Shown: positions 28,001 through 35,211, numbered from the stretch's first letter. The stretch is DNA of 64,000 nt from Salinivirgaceae bacterium (GCA_017527435.1 JAFXQB010000006.1:106982-170981); one strand, 5' to 3'. Program-made: numbers and translations. Notes: generated by a model not told the origin, from the sequence alone.

Positions 28001-28922
28001 GCGCGAAAAGGCAGCCGAAAAGTGCGGGGACGATTATCAGCGGAACGGTTCGTTTGCGTTTGAAAATGAGCGAGATGAACACCACAATCACAATCAGCGC
28101 CACAATTGAAGTCAGGGCGGTGTCGTTTTTGATTTGCCGCGCGTTGTAGACGCTCACTGATGCGCCGCCGAAATACTCGGTTTTGACGCCCGTGTGCATC
28201 TTGTTCATTTTGTTGATGTTATCTTCGATGATGGTTACAAGTCCTTCGTTCTCGCCGATGCGGCCCATATTGAATTTTGGCGTGAGCACCATCATCAAGG
28301 TCGATGTGTCGGCGGTGAACAGGTAACTATCAACCACCACATTGTCCGACTCTATCTCGAAATCTTGCAGATTCTCAAGTGTTTGCAATCCCATTCCCAT
28401 CGGGTCGCGCAAGATGAACTGCCGCGAACCCACGCCGATGGGCGACACCAGGTTCTGGTAGTTCTGGCGCATTCGACTGGCAATGCCGTCGCGGGTGATG
28501 ATGGTGTCGAGCCGCACATAGTCGCTGTCGGTCAGGAAGATGGGTAGATGCGCATAGACGAAATCGCTTACGCCGCCAATCATCTGGTTGTCGATGCGCA
28601 GCAGAATGCCGCTCAGGTAGTCGGCGGCTTCGGTCAGCAGGGTTTGCTCAAGTTCTTCGGCCACCTGAATCAGACTGTCGGCAGGCTCACCCGCACGCGG
28701 CGAGAAGAGCACCACAATCTTATCCTTAACGTTCAGATTCTGAAACACTTCGGCAGTCTTGTCGTTGTCGCCCGCCGCAGGAAAAAAGTCGGTTACGTTC
28801 TGCCTGAAACTGATTCGCGACACAGCCACGGCCATCAGCGCAACGCTGACTGCCAAAAAACTGTAGAACAGCACCTTGCGATGCTCAAAAAAGTGGTATA
28901 TGGCTATGAAAAACTTGCCCAT
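25080..28922 (-). CDS. trifunctional fusion: MMPL/RND-type transporter, lysophospholipid (PlsC-type) acyltransferase, and class I SAM-dependent methyltransferase
   Basis: The 1280-aa single ORF has two TM bundles with large loops (MMPL-like), then NHQSFMD (HX4D) and FPEGTR acyltransferase motifs, then the ITDIGCGFGP SAM motif I. Confidence 0.85.
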   Translation of the reverse strand: MGKFFIAIYHFFEHRKVLFYSFLAVSVALMAVAVSRISFRQNVTDFFPAAGDNDKTAEVFQNLNVKDKIVVLFSPRAGEPADSLIQVAEELEQTLLTEAADYLSGILLRIDNQMIGGVSDFVYAHLPIFLTDSDYVRLDTIITRDGIASRMRQNYQNLVSPIGVGSRQFILRDPMGMGLQTLENLQDFEIESDNVVVDSYLFTADTSTLMMVLTPKFNMGRIGENEGLVTIIEDNINKMNKMHTGVKTEYFGGASVSVYNARQIKNDTALTSIVALIVIVVFISLIFKRKRTVPLIIVPALFGCLFALALIALLKGEISSIAIGAGAAVIGIALSYSIHMLAHQNHVRTVEQLIDELAYPLTVGSFTTIGAFFALVFTSSALLRDFGLFASLTLIGTTLFCLIFLPHFLKGQADVKRGRMLRFIEKINAYHYERNRWLVGALLVVIAVSCFTAGHVRFNSSLMDMYYEPEHLKAAREKLESYYDGDEKTVMFVSVAPTDDSVLTVYNRINARLDSLRQAGLIRDYASASRFVVSPSEQKRRIALWRDFWTTERRQILNESLQSEAERYHFKANAFSSFHRWFDGDFEPVDLSRTDGPFGTLMQEWQVPSDNSKMLITQVRLADTCKQQVYSLMSDSRDMVIFDRAFFTGQWIDAVNDDFNWILFTSSFLIFFALLISFGRLELTLMSFLPMLISWFIILGMMGLFGIEFNIINIILSTFIFGIGDDFSIFIMDGLQSKYRTGRQTLDSHKTAIFCSAFTIVVGMGALVFAQHPALQSISLLSVFGMLAVVLVAFTIQPIIFNFFIANPAAKGNMPYTVADVLLTFIGFGAFVLSCVVLRLLTFVMYVVPVRRIWKRRLICRLMNLACRFVFAVSRQVRYSKRLVDSTVFDRPAVVIANHQSFMDILSMLALSPRVVMVTNKWVWRSPVFGGLIRYAGFIFTGDGVELNQETVRQRIGEGFSVVIFPEGTRSADGRIGRFHKGAFMLADTLGLDIVPVLLYGTGDVIPKNQPFMVRRGQIVVSVLPRISHTDRSWGDTYQERTKRISAWFKAEYQKLYDELTTTSSTAIHSRIMHNFIFKGPVEEWYLRVKIRMEGNYELFDKLIPRRARITDIGCGFGPLCYMLAQTSADRDILGIDYDDDKIAVAQHGWLRQHCHLRFEQANALEYPLPQSDVFIMNDMLHYMSADHQQQLIEKCVAALADGGQIIIRDGNTEEQQRHRLTRFTELMSTRIIKFNKTEERLCFLSETRMRQIAAALGMTVETIQNDRYTSNTIYILRKN
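25083..25680 (-). other. class I SAM methyltransferase region of the fusion (approximate)
   Basis: DIGCGFGP is encoded at about 25567-25598, followed by DVFIMNDMLHY and GGQIIIRD segments. Confidence 0.65.
25790..26480 (-). other. PlsC/LPLAT acyltransferase region of the fusion (approximate)
   Basis: In the HX4D motif, H is at 26226-26228 and D at 26211-26213. FPEGTR is encoded near 26010-26038. Confidence 0.65.
26490..28922 (-). other. MMPL-like transporter region of the fusion (approximate)
   Basis: Covers aa 1 to ~810 and ends near FFIANPAAKG (26488-26520). Confidence 0.6.
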
Positions 28923-28972
28923 TATTTAGCGATGCGTGTTCTGCGTCCGAAAAACATTAAAGATAATCGCGG

Positions 28973-28980
28973 CAAATGTA
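28973..28980 (-). promoter_or_regulatory. '-7' box TACATTTG upstream of the trifunctional gene
   Basis: A perfect TAnnTTTG on the minus strand lies 50 nt upstream of the ATG at 28922. Confidence 0.35.
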
Positions 28981-29056
28981 ACCAATTAGGTATGATAAGC
29001 GAATTGTTTGTGGGGGGAAAGGTGAAAGTTTTTCGGTATTTGAAAAAAAGTGGCAA

Positions 29057-29467
29057 TCAAACTGCCCAATCTTCGACCTTTAGACCGTCAATACGGTTGA
29101 AATGTTTTAAGTTGTGGGTCACAACAATCATATCGGCTTCGCGCGCTGTTATGCCAATCATCAAATCAAAATCTTCAATAACCTGGCCGTTGTTTTCCAG
29201 CCGTATTTTCTCGCGGCTGAAGGCTTCGGGAATCTCATCAATGCCGACCACGGTAAAATAGTCGGTCAGCATTTTTGCTTTTGCGATTTCCTGTTCGCGA
29301 TAGTTGTCAGGTGAATTATATGCGCCATATAGCAATTCAATGGCAGTGATGACCGATATGCAGCACAATTGGTTTTTCTCGATGCATTGTTGGCGGACGC
29401 GCTGATTGCCGCGTAGCAGTTCAATACAAGTGGAAGTTTCCAAAAGATACTTGAACGTAGCCATCAA
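29057..29467 (-). CDS. PIN-domain (VapC-type) toxin
   Basis: The 136-aa protein has KYLLETST (beta-1), SVITAIELLYG, FDLMIGITA and VVTHNLKHF blocks in PIN order. The first acidic residue is Glu instead of the usual Asp. Confidence 0.7.
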   Translation of the reverse strand: MMATFKYLLETSTCIELLRGNQRVRQQCIEKNQLCCISVITAIELLYGAYNSPDNYREQEIAKAKMLTDYFTVVGIDEIPEAFSREKIRLENNGQVIEDFDLMIGITAREADMIVVTHNLKHFNRIDGLKVEDWAV

Positions 29468-29707
29468 TCAGAATTTTGGATAGGTGTTTTCTGTGCGTTT
29501 GGCACGAATCTGTTCCATTATTTCATCCGTGGAACGGGGGTCACTGCTCCAACCGCCGAAAAAGCGGTCAATTTCTGACGCCACCCGCAGGCGGCGGTCA
29601 GTTTCGGTCTCGTTGACGCTCTCGCTCAAACGGCGCGATAATGCGAGCCGCTCGCTTGCCGACAGACGCTGTGCCTGACTCCAAATGCTGTCAACTGTTA
29701 TTCCCAT
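29468..29707 (-). CDS. putative antitoxin / addiction-module component
   Basis: This 79-aa ORF ends at 29468, directly abutting the toxin ATG at 29467. It has the helical LSASERLALSRRLSESV segment typical of small antitoxins. Confidence 0.55.
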   Translation of the reverse strand: MGITVDSIWSQAQRLSASERLALSRRLSESVNETETDRRLRVASEIDRFFGGWSSDPRSTDEIMEQIRAKRTENTYPKF

Positions 29708-29789
29708 AGTAGTAACTCGTTAAATTTAAATTCAGTCTGCAAGATAGCAATTTTTTCAATTATAACGCTTTAAGCGAAACAGCATCAGA

Positions 29790-30995
29790 TTACTTCGCCA
29801 TCTTTTTTCTTCTGAACACCGTCAGCAGCCCCAGCGCAACCGCGCCCACAACCACGCTGCACAAGGCCGCAAACACAATGCTTCCGACAATGTACGGCAG
29901 CAGCGAGTGTTTGACGCTCTCGAGAGTGATGTTGCTCAAAGTCAACTCTATAGGCACTTGCATAACCTTGCACCCCGTGATGTAACTGCCGTAAATCAGG
30001 AACGGCAGCATTGGTGGAAGGCTGATGTTCGATGCTACAAGCGTTAGTATCTTGTTGAGTTTCAGCAAATGTGCAATGGCAAATGCGATAATCATCTGGT
30101 AGCCCCAAACAGGAACAATGCCCATAAAAATGCCCAGCATTATGGCTGCCGTCAGCCGTGCGTTCGAGTCGGGCGAGTGGGTTATGTTGTTGCTGATGAA
30201 GCGTTTGATGTTCTCGCGTGTGAATTTGCGGCAGAAGTTGCGCGGATAAATCCAAAGCAGTGCAATCAGCACCAGCACTGTGTTCAGAATGCTGATGCGT
30301 GTGAAGTCGCGGCCAGGGCGGAAGTGCGAAACGCGCTCACCTTCAGGCGGATAATAGACGTGGACGGGAATGTTTCTGACCGCAACGCCGCCCCACGACG
30401 CAAACACCAGTGCTTCCAACTCAAACTCGTATTTGGCTGTGTAATACCATTTTTGCACATTCATTTGCGTCAGCGGGTAGAGCCTGTAGCCCGATTGCGT
30501 GTCGGGCAAGTTGACGCCCGTTTCCAAGCGGAACCAGAAATTCGAGAATTTGTTGGCGAAGGTGTTCTTGCCAGGCATATTGTCGGCCTGAATATTGCGC
30601 GAGCCAACCAAAAGATTGTCAGGTGTTTGCTCAATCTCGCCGACAAACGTCGGAATGTCCGATGCAAAATGCTGCCCGTCGCTGTCGATGGTGATGGCAT
30701 AGCGGAAACCATCGGCTTTGGCCTTGCACAAACCGTTTTTCAGAGCCGTTCCCTTACCGCGGTTGCGCTCGTGAGTCAGAATCCCGATACCGTCTATCTG
30801 ACTCAAAATCTGCGCTGTATCGTCAGTCGAGCCGTCGTTGACAACGATAACGTGGTTGGCATACTGCTTCACATCGGCCACCACCTGCCCAATGGTCTTG
30901 CAGTTGTTGTACGTCGGTATCACAACCACAATTCCGAGCCTGTCGAGCGCCGCGCGCCAGTCGATATTGTTTTCACTCTGATTCATTGCGGGCAA
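29790..30995 (-). CDS. family 2 glycosyltransferase fused to a DUF2062-type membrane domain
   Basis: The N-terminal GT2 signature is VVIPTYNN...VVNDGSTDDT...DSDGQH. The C-terminus has TM helices with GIFMGIVPVWGYQMIIAFAIAHLLKLNK (DUF2062-like). Confidence 0.8.
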   Translation of the reverse strand: MPAMNQSENNIDWRAALDRLGIVVVIPTYNNCKTIGQVVADVKQYANHVIVVNDGSTDDTAQILSQIDGIGILTHERNRGKGTALKNGLCKAKADGFRYAITIDSDGQHFASDIPTFVGEIEQTPDNLLVGSRNIQADNMPGKNTFANKFSNFWFRLETGVNLPDTQSGYRLYPLTQMNVQKWYYTAKYEFELEALVFASWGGVAVRNIPVHVYYPPEGERVSHFRPGRDFTRISILNTVLVLIALLWIYPRNFCRKFTRENIKRFISNNITHSPDSNARLTAAIMLGIFMGIVPVWGYQMIIAFAIAHLLKLNKILTLVASNISLPPMLPFLIYGSYITGCKVMQVPIELTLSNITLESVKHSLLPYIVGSIVFAALCSVVVGAVALGLLTVFRRKKMAK

Positions 30996-31067
30996 AGGTA
31001 ATTATTTTTGGGTGTTAGGTGTTGGGTGTCGGGTTTTAGCAGGAATTGCAAAGAAACAGCGCCGCGG

Positions 31068-31583
31068 CTATTGTCTGTTGTCCGGTTCCAACTCATCAAT
31101 CGTCAGTTCCAGCCTTATCCACGGATGTTTGATGAGCACCCGGCTGACGCTGTCGTTGGCGCTGCGGCTGATAACAAAAACCGATTTGCCGAAGCCGTGC
31201 CCGCGCTTGCGCAACTCGCTTTCGGGTGTTTGTTTTTTGAGTTTTGCCAGATTGCGGTCGGTGAGCACCACACGAAGGTCGCGCTCGAGCAGTTGCAGCA
31301 CTTTCGGGCGGCGCATCGGCTCAACGCAGCTGTTCACTTTCAGCGAGTCGGGCGCAAGGGTGAAGTCGAAGATGGTGGGGCCGAAGTACGATGTGGCCAG
31401 CACGCGCGGGCCGGCGGCTGTGGGACGGGCAATCATCATTCCGCTCAGATGGTTGCCGCGGGCGTCGATTTGCAGATTGTGCCGCGCTGTCTTTTCGGGC
31501 ACGATTATCGGCTGCGAAAAAACCGCATTCGCCGCAAGGCAGAAAATGCTGACCATCAATATTTTCGGCAATCGGCGAGCCAT
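31068..31583 (-). CDS. hypothetical secreted protein (possibly DUF3261-type)
   Basis: The signal peptide is MARRLPKILMVSIFCLAANAVFSQ. Its start overlaps the upstream stop by 1 nt (TGATG). The family assignment is a guess from gene context. Confidence 0.45.
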   Translation of the reverse strand: MARRLPKILMVSIFCLAANAVFSQPIIVPEKTARHNLQIDARGNHLSGMMIARPTAAGPRVLATSYFGPTIFDFTLAPDSLKVNSCVEPMRRPKVLQLLERDLRVVLTDRNLAKLKKQTPESELRKRGHGFGKSVFVISRSANDSVSRVLIKHPWIRLELTIDELEPDNRQ

Positions 31584-32212
31584 CAGTCGATTTTGAACCG
31601 GCTCTCGTCGGTAATTTGGTTGAAGCGCTTGTTGGTGAAGCGGTAGTCGGTGTAGTCGGCTTCGTTTTCGTACATCCGCAGTTGGTCAACCGACATATCG
31701 GCCTTGCTCAGCCTGATTTCGATGTCCGAAACATACTCTCTCACCGTCTTGCTTCGCGGCGTGATGCTGACAATATATTGGTGGTCATCTTCCTGATACT
31801 GAAGCTCGTAATTGTTGTTCATACGGCTCAGGTCGCCAACCATACAGGCGGTTATCATATCCTGCATTTCGTTCATCATCTTGTTGGTGTTCAGCTGCAT
31901 AACGCTCTTTTTGCCGTCGGCCACAATCTTCAGCCGGCCACCGTTAATCACAATCAGGTAGCTCAGCGGCTTCGAGTAATCCAAACTTATCTTGTTATCT
32001 TTCAGATAGTAGAATCGGCCTTTCGAAGTCACATCTTCGTCGAACATATCAAGGTGCTTCACTTGCGTGAAGTCGCTCTCAATTGATTTCAGTTTCTCGG
32101 CGGTGGTTTTCAGTTGGTTCTCAAACTTTGCCATATCGGCCACGGGGCGTGTCTGCGCCAGCGCCGTGTGGGCTGCGGCAACCAATGCCAGAATTGCAAA
32201 CAGATGTTTCAT
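31583..32212 (-). CDS. LolA-like outer-membrane lipoprotein carrier family protein
   Basis: It has a signal peptide (LALVAAAHTALAQ) and SIESDFTQVKHLDMFDEDVTSKGRFYY, which matches the LolA F-x-Q...G-x-F pattern. Length is 209 aa. Confidence 0.7.
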   Translation of the reverse strand: MKHLFAILALVAAAHTALAQTRPVADMAKFENQLKTTAEKLKSIESDFTQVKHLDMFDEDVTSKGRFYYLKDNKISLDYSKPLSYLIVINGGRLKIVADGKKSVMQLNTNKMMNEMQDMITACMVGDLSRMNNNYELQYQEDDHQYIVSITPRSKTVREYVSDIEIRLSKADMSVDQLRMYENEADYTDYRFTNKRFNQITDESRFKID

Positions 32213-32302
32213 TTCCTGATTTTTTAGGGCCGCAAGTTACGTAATTTTTTGCCGTTGGCGCCCACCGATGCCAAAACCATCCGCCAATCTAAAGAATATC
32301 CC

Positions 32303-32310
32303 TATTTTTG
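32303..32310 (+). promoter_or_regulatory. '-7' box TATTTTTG
   Basis: A perfect TAnnTTTG lies 18 nt upstream of the ATG at 32329. Confidence 0.4.
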
Positions 32311-32328
32311 CCCGCAAAACCGACAGCA

Positions 32329-32982
32329 ATGATAAAATCAGTCATTTTCGATATGGACGGCCTGATTGTTGACTCAGAGCCGTTTTGGCGTATGGCCGAG
32401 CGCACCGTTTTTGGCAGCAAGGGCATCGAGCTCACCGAAGAGCAGTGCCGCTCAACAACGGGTATGCGGCTCGACAACGTTGTGGCCCATTGGGACACCA
32501 TTTATCCCGGTCACATAACCGACAAGCGTCAGACAGCCAGCGAGATTCTTGCCGAAGTGACGCGCTTGGTCACCACCTACGCCGAGCCAATGCCGGGTGT
32601 CCACCAGGCCGCACAGCTGTTTGCAAAGCGTGGCTGCACAATGGCTTTGGCTTCAGCTTCGGCAATGTCGCTCATCAATGCTGTGCTCGACAAACTCTGC
32701 GTGCGCCAGTATTTCAATGTCATTCAGTCGGCCGAGAATGTAAAGTATGGCAAGCCGCACCCCGAGATTTTCCTGACCACGGCCGCCAGCCTTGGTGTCA
32801 AACCCGAAGAGTGCTTGGTGCTCGAAGACTCGATTTTTGGCGTGATTGCCGGTAAAGCCGCCAGTATGAAGGTGATTGCCGTGCCCGACAAAGAACTAGC
32901 CGGCCGCCGCGAGTACGGTGTCGCCGATGCCGTTCTTCATTCACTCACCGAGATTGACGAAGAGCTGTTTAACCGGTTGTAG
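32329..32982 (+). CDS. HAD-IA family sugar-phosphate phosphatase (HxpB/YniC-like)
   Basis: MIKSVIFDMDGLIVDSEPFW carries the DxD nucleophile motif, and LVLEDSIFGVIAGKAA is motif IV. The ORF-track TTG start at 32308 lies inside the promoter box. Confidence 0.8.
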   Translation: MIKSVIFDMDGLIVDSEPFWRMAERTVFGSKGIELTEEQCRSTTGMRLDNVVAHWDTIYPGHITDKRQTASEILAEVTRLVTTYAEPMPGVHQAAQLFAKRGCTMALASASAMSLINAVLDKLCVRQYFNVIQSAENVKYGKPHPEIFLTTAASLGVKPEECLVLEDSIFGVIAGKAASMKVIAVPDKELAGRREYGVADAVLHSLTEIDEELFNRL

Positions 32983-33016
32983 CTTTTTCAAACTCAACAA
33001 AACTGTTGCTTCTGAT

Positions 33017-33060
33017 TTTGGTGCCAAAAACGTGAGAAAAATCACATTTTTGGCACCAAA
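33017..33060. repeat. 44-nt near-perfect palindrome
   Basis: The sequence is TTTGGTGCCAAAAA-c-GTGA-gaaaaa-TCAC-a-TTTTTGGCACCAAA. It forms 14 bp plus 4 bp around a 6-nt loop with one mismatch. Confidence 0.85.
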
Positions 33061-33081
33061 GGGCGTATTTTGGACACAAAA

Positions 33082-33107
33082 AAGCCCCGAACAAACATCC
33101 GGGGCTT
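33082..33107. terminator. bidirectional terminator between convergent genes
   Basis: AAGCCCCG-(10 nt)-CGGGGCTT forms an 8-bp GC-rich stem. An A-run precedes it and T-rich sequence follows. Confidence 0.6.
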
Positions 33108-33131
33108 ATATTGTTTACTGTTTCTTATTCG

Positions 33132-33599
33132 TTAATTTTGCGATGCTGCGATTAATAACCACACAGTGATTATTCCCACAAAACCGACCCCAATTATTGT
33201 TTTCTTTTTATCAAATACGCGTTCAGCTTTAACATCATCCGTTGTAACATTATAACAAATCTTGTTTTCATCTACAAAAACGTTAGTCTGTTTTTTTGTT
33301 TCTGTAAGATTGATAGAATTGGTGTATTTAGTTTTTGCAGAAGCACCTATTTGACTTTTCACTTCATAAATCAATATCTCACCGCCTTTTCCATCGGAGG
33401 TTGTTCTATCCGGGGGCCCGAGTAATTCTATTATTTCTGCGTGACTTTTTCCGTTGAGTTTAGCATTGTAGTCATCTTGCAAGGACACATAGTGTGTAGT
33501 ATGGCACGACATACAGAGAATCGATGACGCCAATATCAAACAGATACTTTTAAACGCCTTGGTGTTTTTGAATTTGAACATACTCGTAAGTTTTATCAA
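33132..33599 (-). CDS. hypothetical lipoprotein with a C-terminal TM helix
   Basis: It has a lipobox-like ASSILCMSC, a BamE/SmpA-like GKSHAEIIELLGPPDRT segment, and a C-terminal IIGVGFVGIITVWLLIAA helix. It is AT-rich. An alternative start is at 33581. Confidence 0.5.
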   Translation of the reverse strand: MIKLTSMFKFKNTKAFKSICLILASSILCMSCHTTHYVSLQDDYNAKLNGKSHAEIIELLGPPDRTTSDGKGGEILIYEVKSQIGASAKTKYTNSINLTETKKQTNVFVDENKICYNVTTDDVKAERVFDKKKTIIGVGFVGIITVWLLIAASQN

Positions 33600-33661
33600 T
33601 TAATAACTTACAAAGTAGCAGCATAGAGAATCAGCTTACATTCAAAACCCGTGAATATTTG

Positions 33662-33898
33662 TCACTGTTTTGTAGCCAATGTTTCACTAATGCTTGTTTC
33701 GGTGAGGTCAGAGTATAATTTGAGGAAGTTGCATTTTAGTGCTATTGATATTCGCATAAGCATTTGAACATCAACTGTTTCTTTAAGGAAAATCTTGTAT
33801 ATATTGGTTCGGTCACAAAAAAGCCTTTTAGCAAGCCAACTCGCAGAGCGTTCTTGCTTTTCTAATTCTTGTTTTATCAGACTTCCTATATGCGGCAT
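33662..33898 (-). CDS. small XRE-like helix-turn-helix protein
   Basis: MPHIGSLIKQELEKQERSASWLAKRLFCDRTNIYKIFLKE... has an HTH pattern. I prefer the internal ATG at 33898 over the ORF-track start at 33976. Confidence 0.5.
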   Translation of the reverse strand: MPHIGSLIKQELEKQERSASWLAKRLFCDRTNIYKIFLKETVDVQMLMRISIALKCNFLKLYSDLTETSISETLATKQ

Positions 33899-34085
33899 AA
33901 ATAAAGGCGTTGAATTGACCGTCTTATCCGAATAGAAAGGCTCTGGTAAACCGTTACAGCAAATAAGGCGGAACAATTCACGCCCGAAGACGTGAACTTC
34001 CGTTGCCTTATTCTCGCTGCAAATAAAATGTACCAGACTTTATCTATTCGAGAACAAGCACGTGGCTCTATATATTAAACTATAA

Positions 34086-34117
34086 AAACGCCCCGAAGCG
34101 ATTACTTCGGAGCGTTT
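34086..34117 (-). terminator. terminator after ilvE
   Basis: AAACGCCCCGAAG-cgatta-CTTCGGAGCGTTT forms a 13-bp stem with one mismatch. On the minus strand it is followed by TTTTTATA. Confidence 0.55.
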
Positions 34118-34161
34118 GTCATATACCTATCAATAGTTATATTCAATTTAAAATTAAACAA

Positions 34162-35184
34162 TTATCCTATAACCACTCTCGTCCAGCCGTGTTTGTCGGG
34201 CTCGGTGCCGTACTGAATGCCGCGCAGCAGGTTGTAGAGCTTCGTCGAAACCGGACCGGGTTTGCCGTCCTTCGAGAAGACGAAGGTCTTTTTCTGCTCA
34301 AGGTCGTCAATCTTCGAGATTGGCGAGATGACGGCTGCTGTTCCGCAGGCGCCGGCTTCTTCGAATGTTGCCAGCTCTTCTTCCGGAATCTGGCGGCGCT
34401 CAACCGTCATTCCAAGGTCTTCGGCAAGCTGCATCAGACTCTTGTTGGTGATTGACGGCAGAATCGAAGTCGATTTCGGTGTCACGTAAGTGTTGTTCTT
34501 GATGCCGAAGAAGTTAGCCGCACCGCACTCATCCATATATTTCTTCTCTTTGGCGTCGAGATAGAACTCGCAGGCATAGCCAAGGTCGTGAGCCATTTTG
34601 TTGGCGCGCAGGCTGGCGGCGTAGTTTCCGCCCACCTTGTAGATGCCCGTGCCGAGCGGAGCCGAACGGTCGAACTCGCGGATGATGACGTATGGGTTGC
34701 AGGCAAATCCGCCCTTGAAGTACGGGCCCACCGGTGTTGCAAAAATCAGGAACAAATATTCCGATGCCGGATGAACACCCACTTGTGCGCTTGTGCCAAT
34801 GAGCAGCGGACGCAGATAGAGAGTTGCGCCGGTCTCGTAGGGCGGAATATATTTCTCGTTCAGGCGCACCACCATATCAATCATCTTATTGAAAGTTTCG
34901 GTTGGCAGCTCAGGCATCAAAATGCCGCGGCAGGTCGATTGCAGGCGGGCTGCGTTCTCGTCAGAGCGGAACACTCGCACTTTGCCGTCGGGGCAGCGGT
35001 ATGCCTTCAAGCCTTCAAAGGCTTCCTGTCCGTAGTGTAGGCAGGTGGCAGCCATATGCATCGGGATTGTCTCTTCGGAGCAAACTTCAATTTCGCCCCA
35101 TTTGCCGTCGCGATAGTAGCAGCGGACATTGTAATCGGTCTTTCTGTAGCCAAATCCTATGTTGGCCCAATCAATGTTTTCCAT
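34162..35184 (-). CDS. ilvE: branched-chain amino acid aminotransferase
   Basis: It starts MENIDWANIGFGYRKTDYNVRCYY and contains YLRPLLIGT... and GNYAASL motifs of the class IV aminotransferase fold. The start at 35184 follows a '-7' box. Confidence 0.9.
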   Translation of the reverse strand: MENIDWANIGFGYRKTDYNVRCYYRDGKWGEIEVCSEETIPMHMAATCLHYGQEAFEGLKAYRCPDGKVRVFRSDENAARLQSTCRGILMPELPTETFNKMIDMVVRLNEKYIPPYETGATLYLRPLLIGTSAQVGVHPASEYLFLIFATPVGPYFKGGFACNPYVIIREFDRSAPLGTGIYKVGGNYAASLRANKMAHDLGYACEFYLDAKEKKYMDECGAANFFGIKNNTYVTPKSTSILPSITNKSLMQLAEDLGMTVERRQIPEEELATFEEAGACGTAAVISPISKIDDLEQKKTFVFSKDGKPGPVSTKLYNLLRGIQYGTEPDKHGWTRVVIG

Positions 35185-35211
35185 AACACTTTTTCTTTTC
35201 AAAAAAACAAC

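Noticed and set aside
29012-29017. A G6 homopolymer lies upstream of the trifunctional gene promoter and could be a slipped-strand phase-variation tract.
   Set aside because: Six residues is short for efficient slippage. The tract lies outside the '-7' box and the coding sequence, and nothing else supports the idea.
31008-31689. Overlapping ORFs on both strands (212 aa and 194 aa on plus, 122 aa on minus) lie across the small secreted-protein gene.
   Set aside because: Only the 31068-31583 minus frame has a canonical signal peptide and a coupled TGATG junction with the upstream LolA-like gene. The others are Arg/Ala-rich shadow frames.
33047-33075. TGGCAC within the palindrome arm could be a sigma-54 -24 element.
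   Set aside because: No GC/TTGC -12 element sits at the required spacing on either strand.
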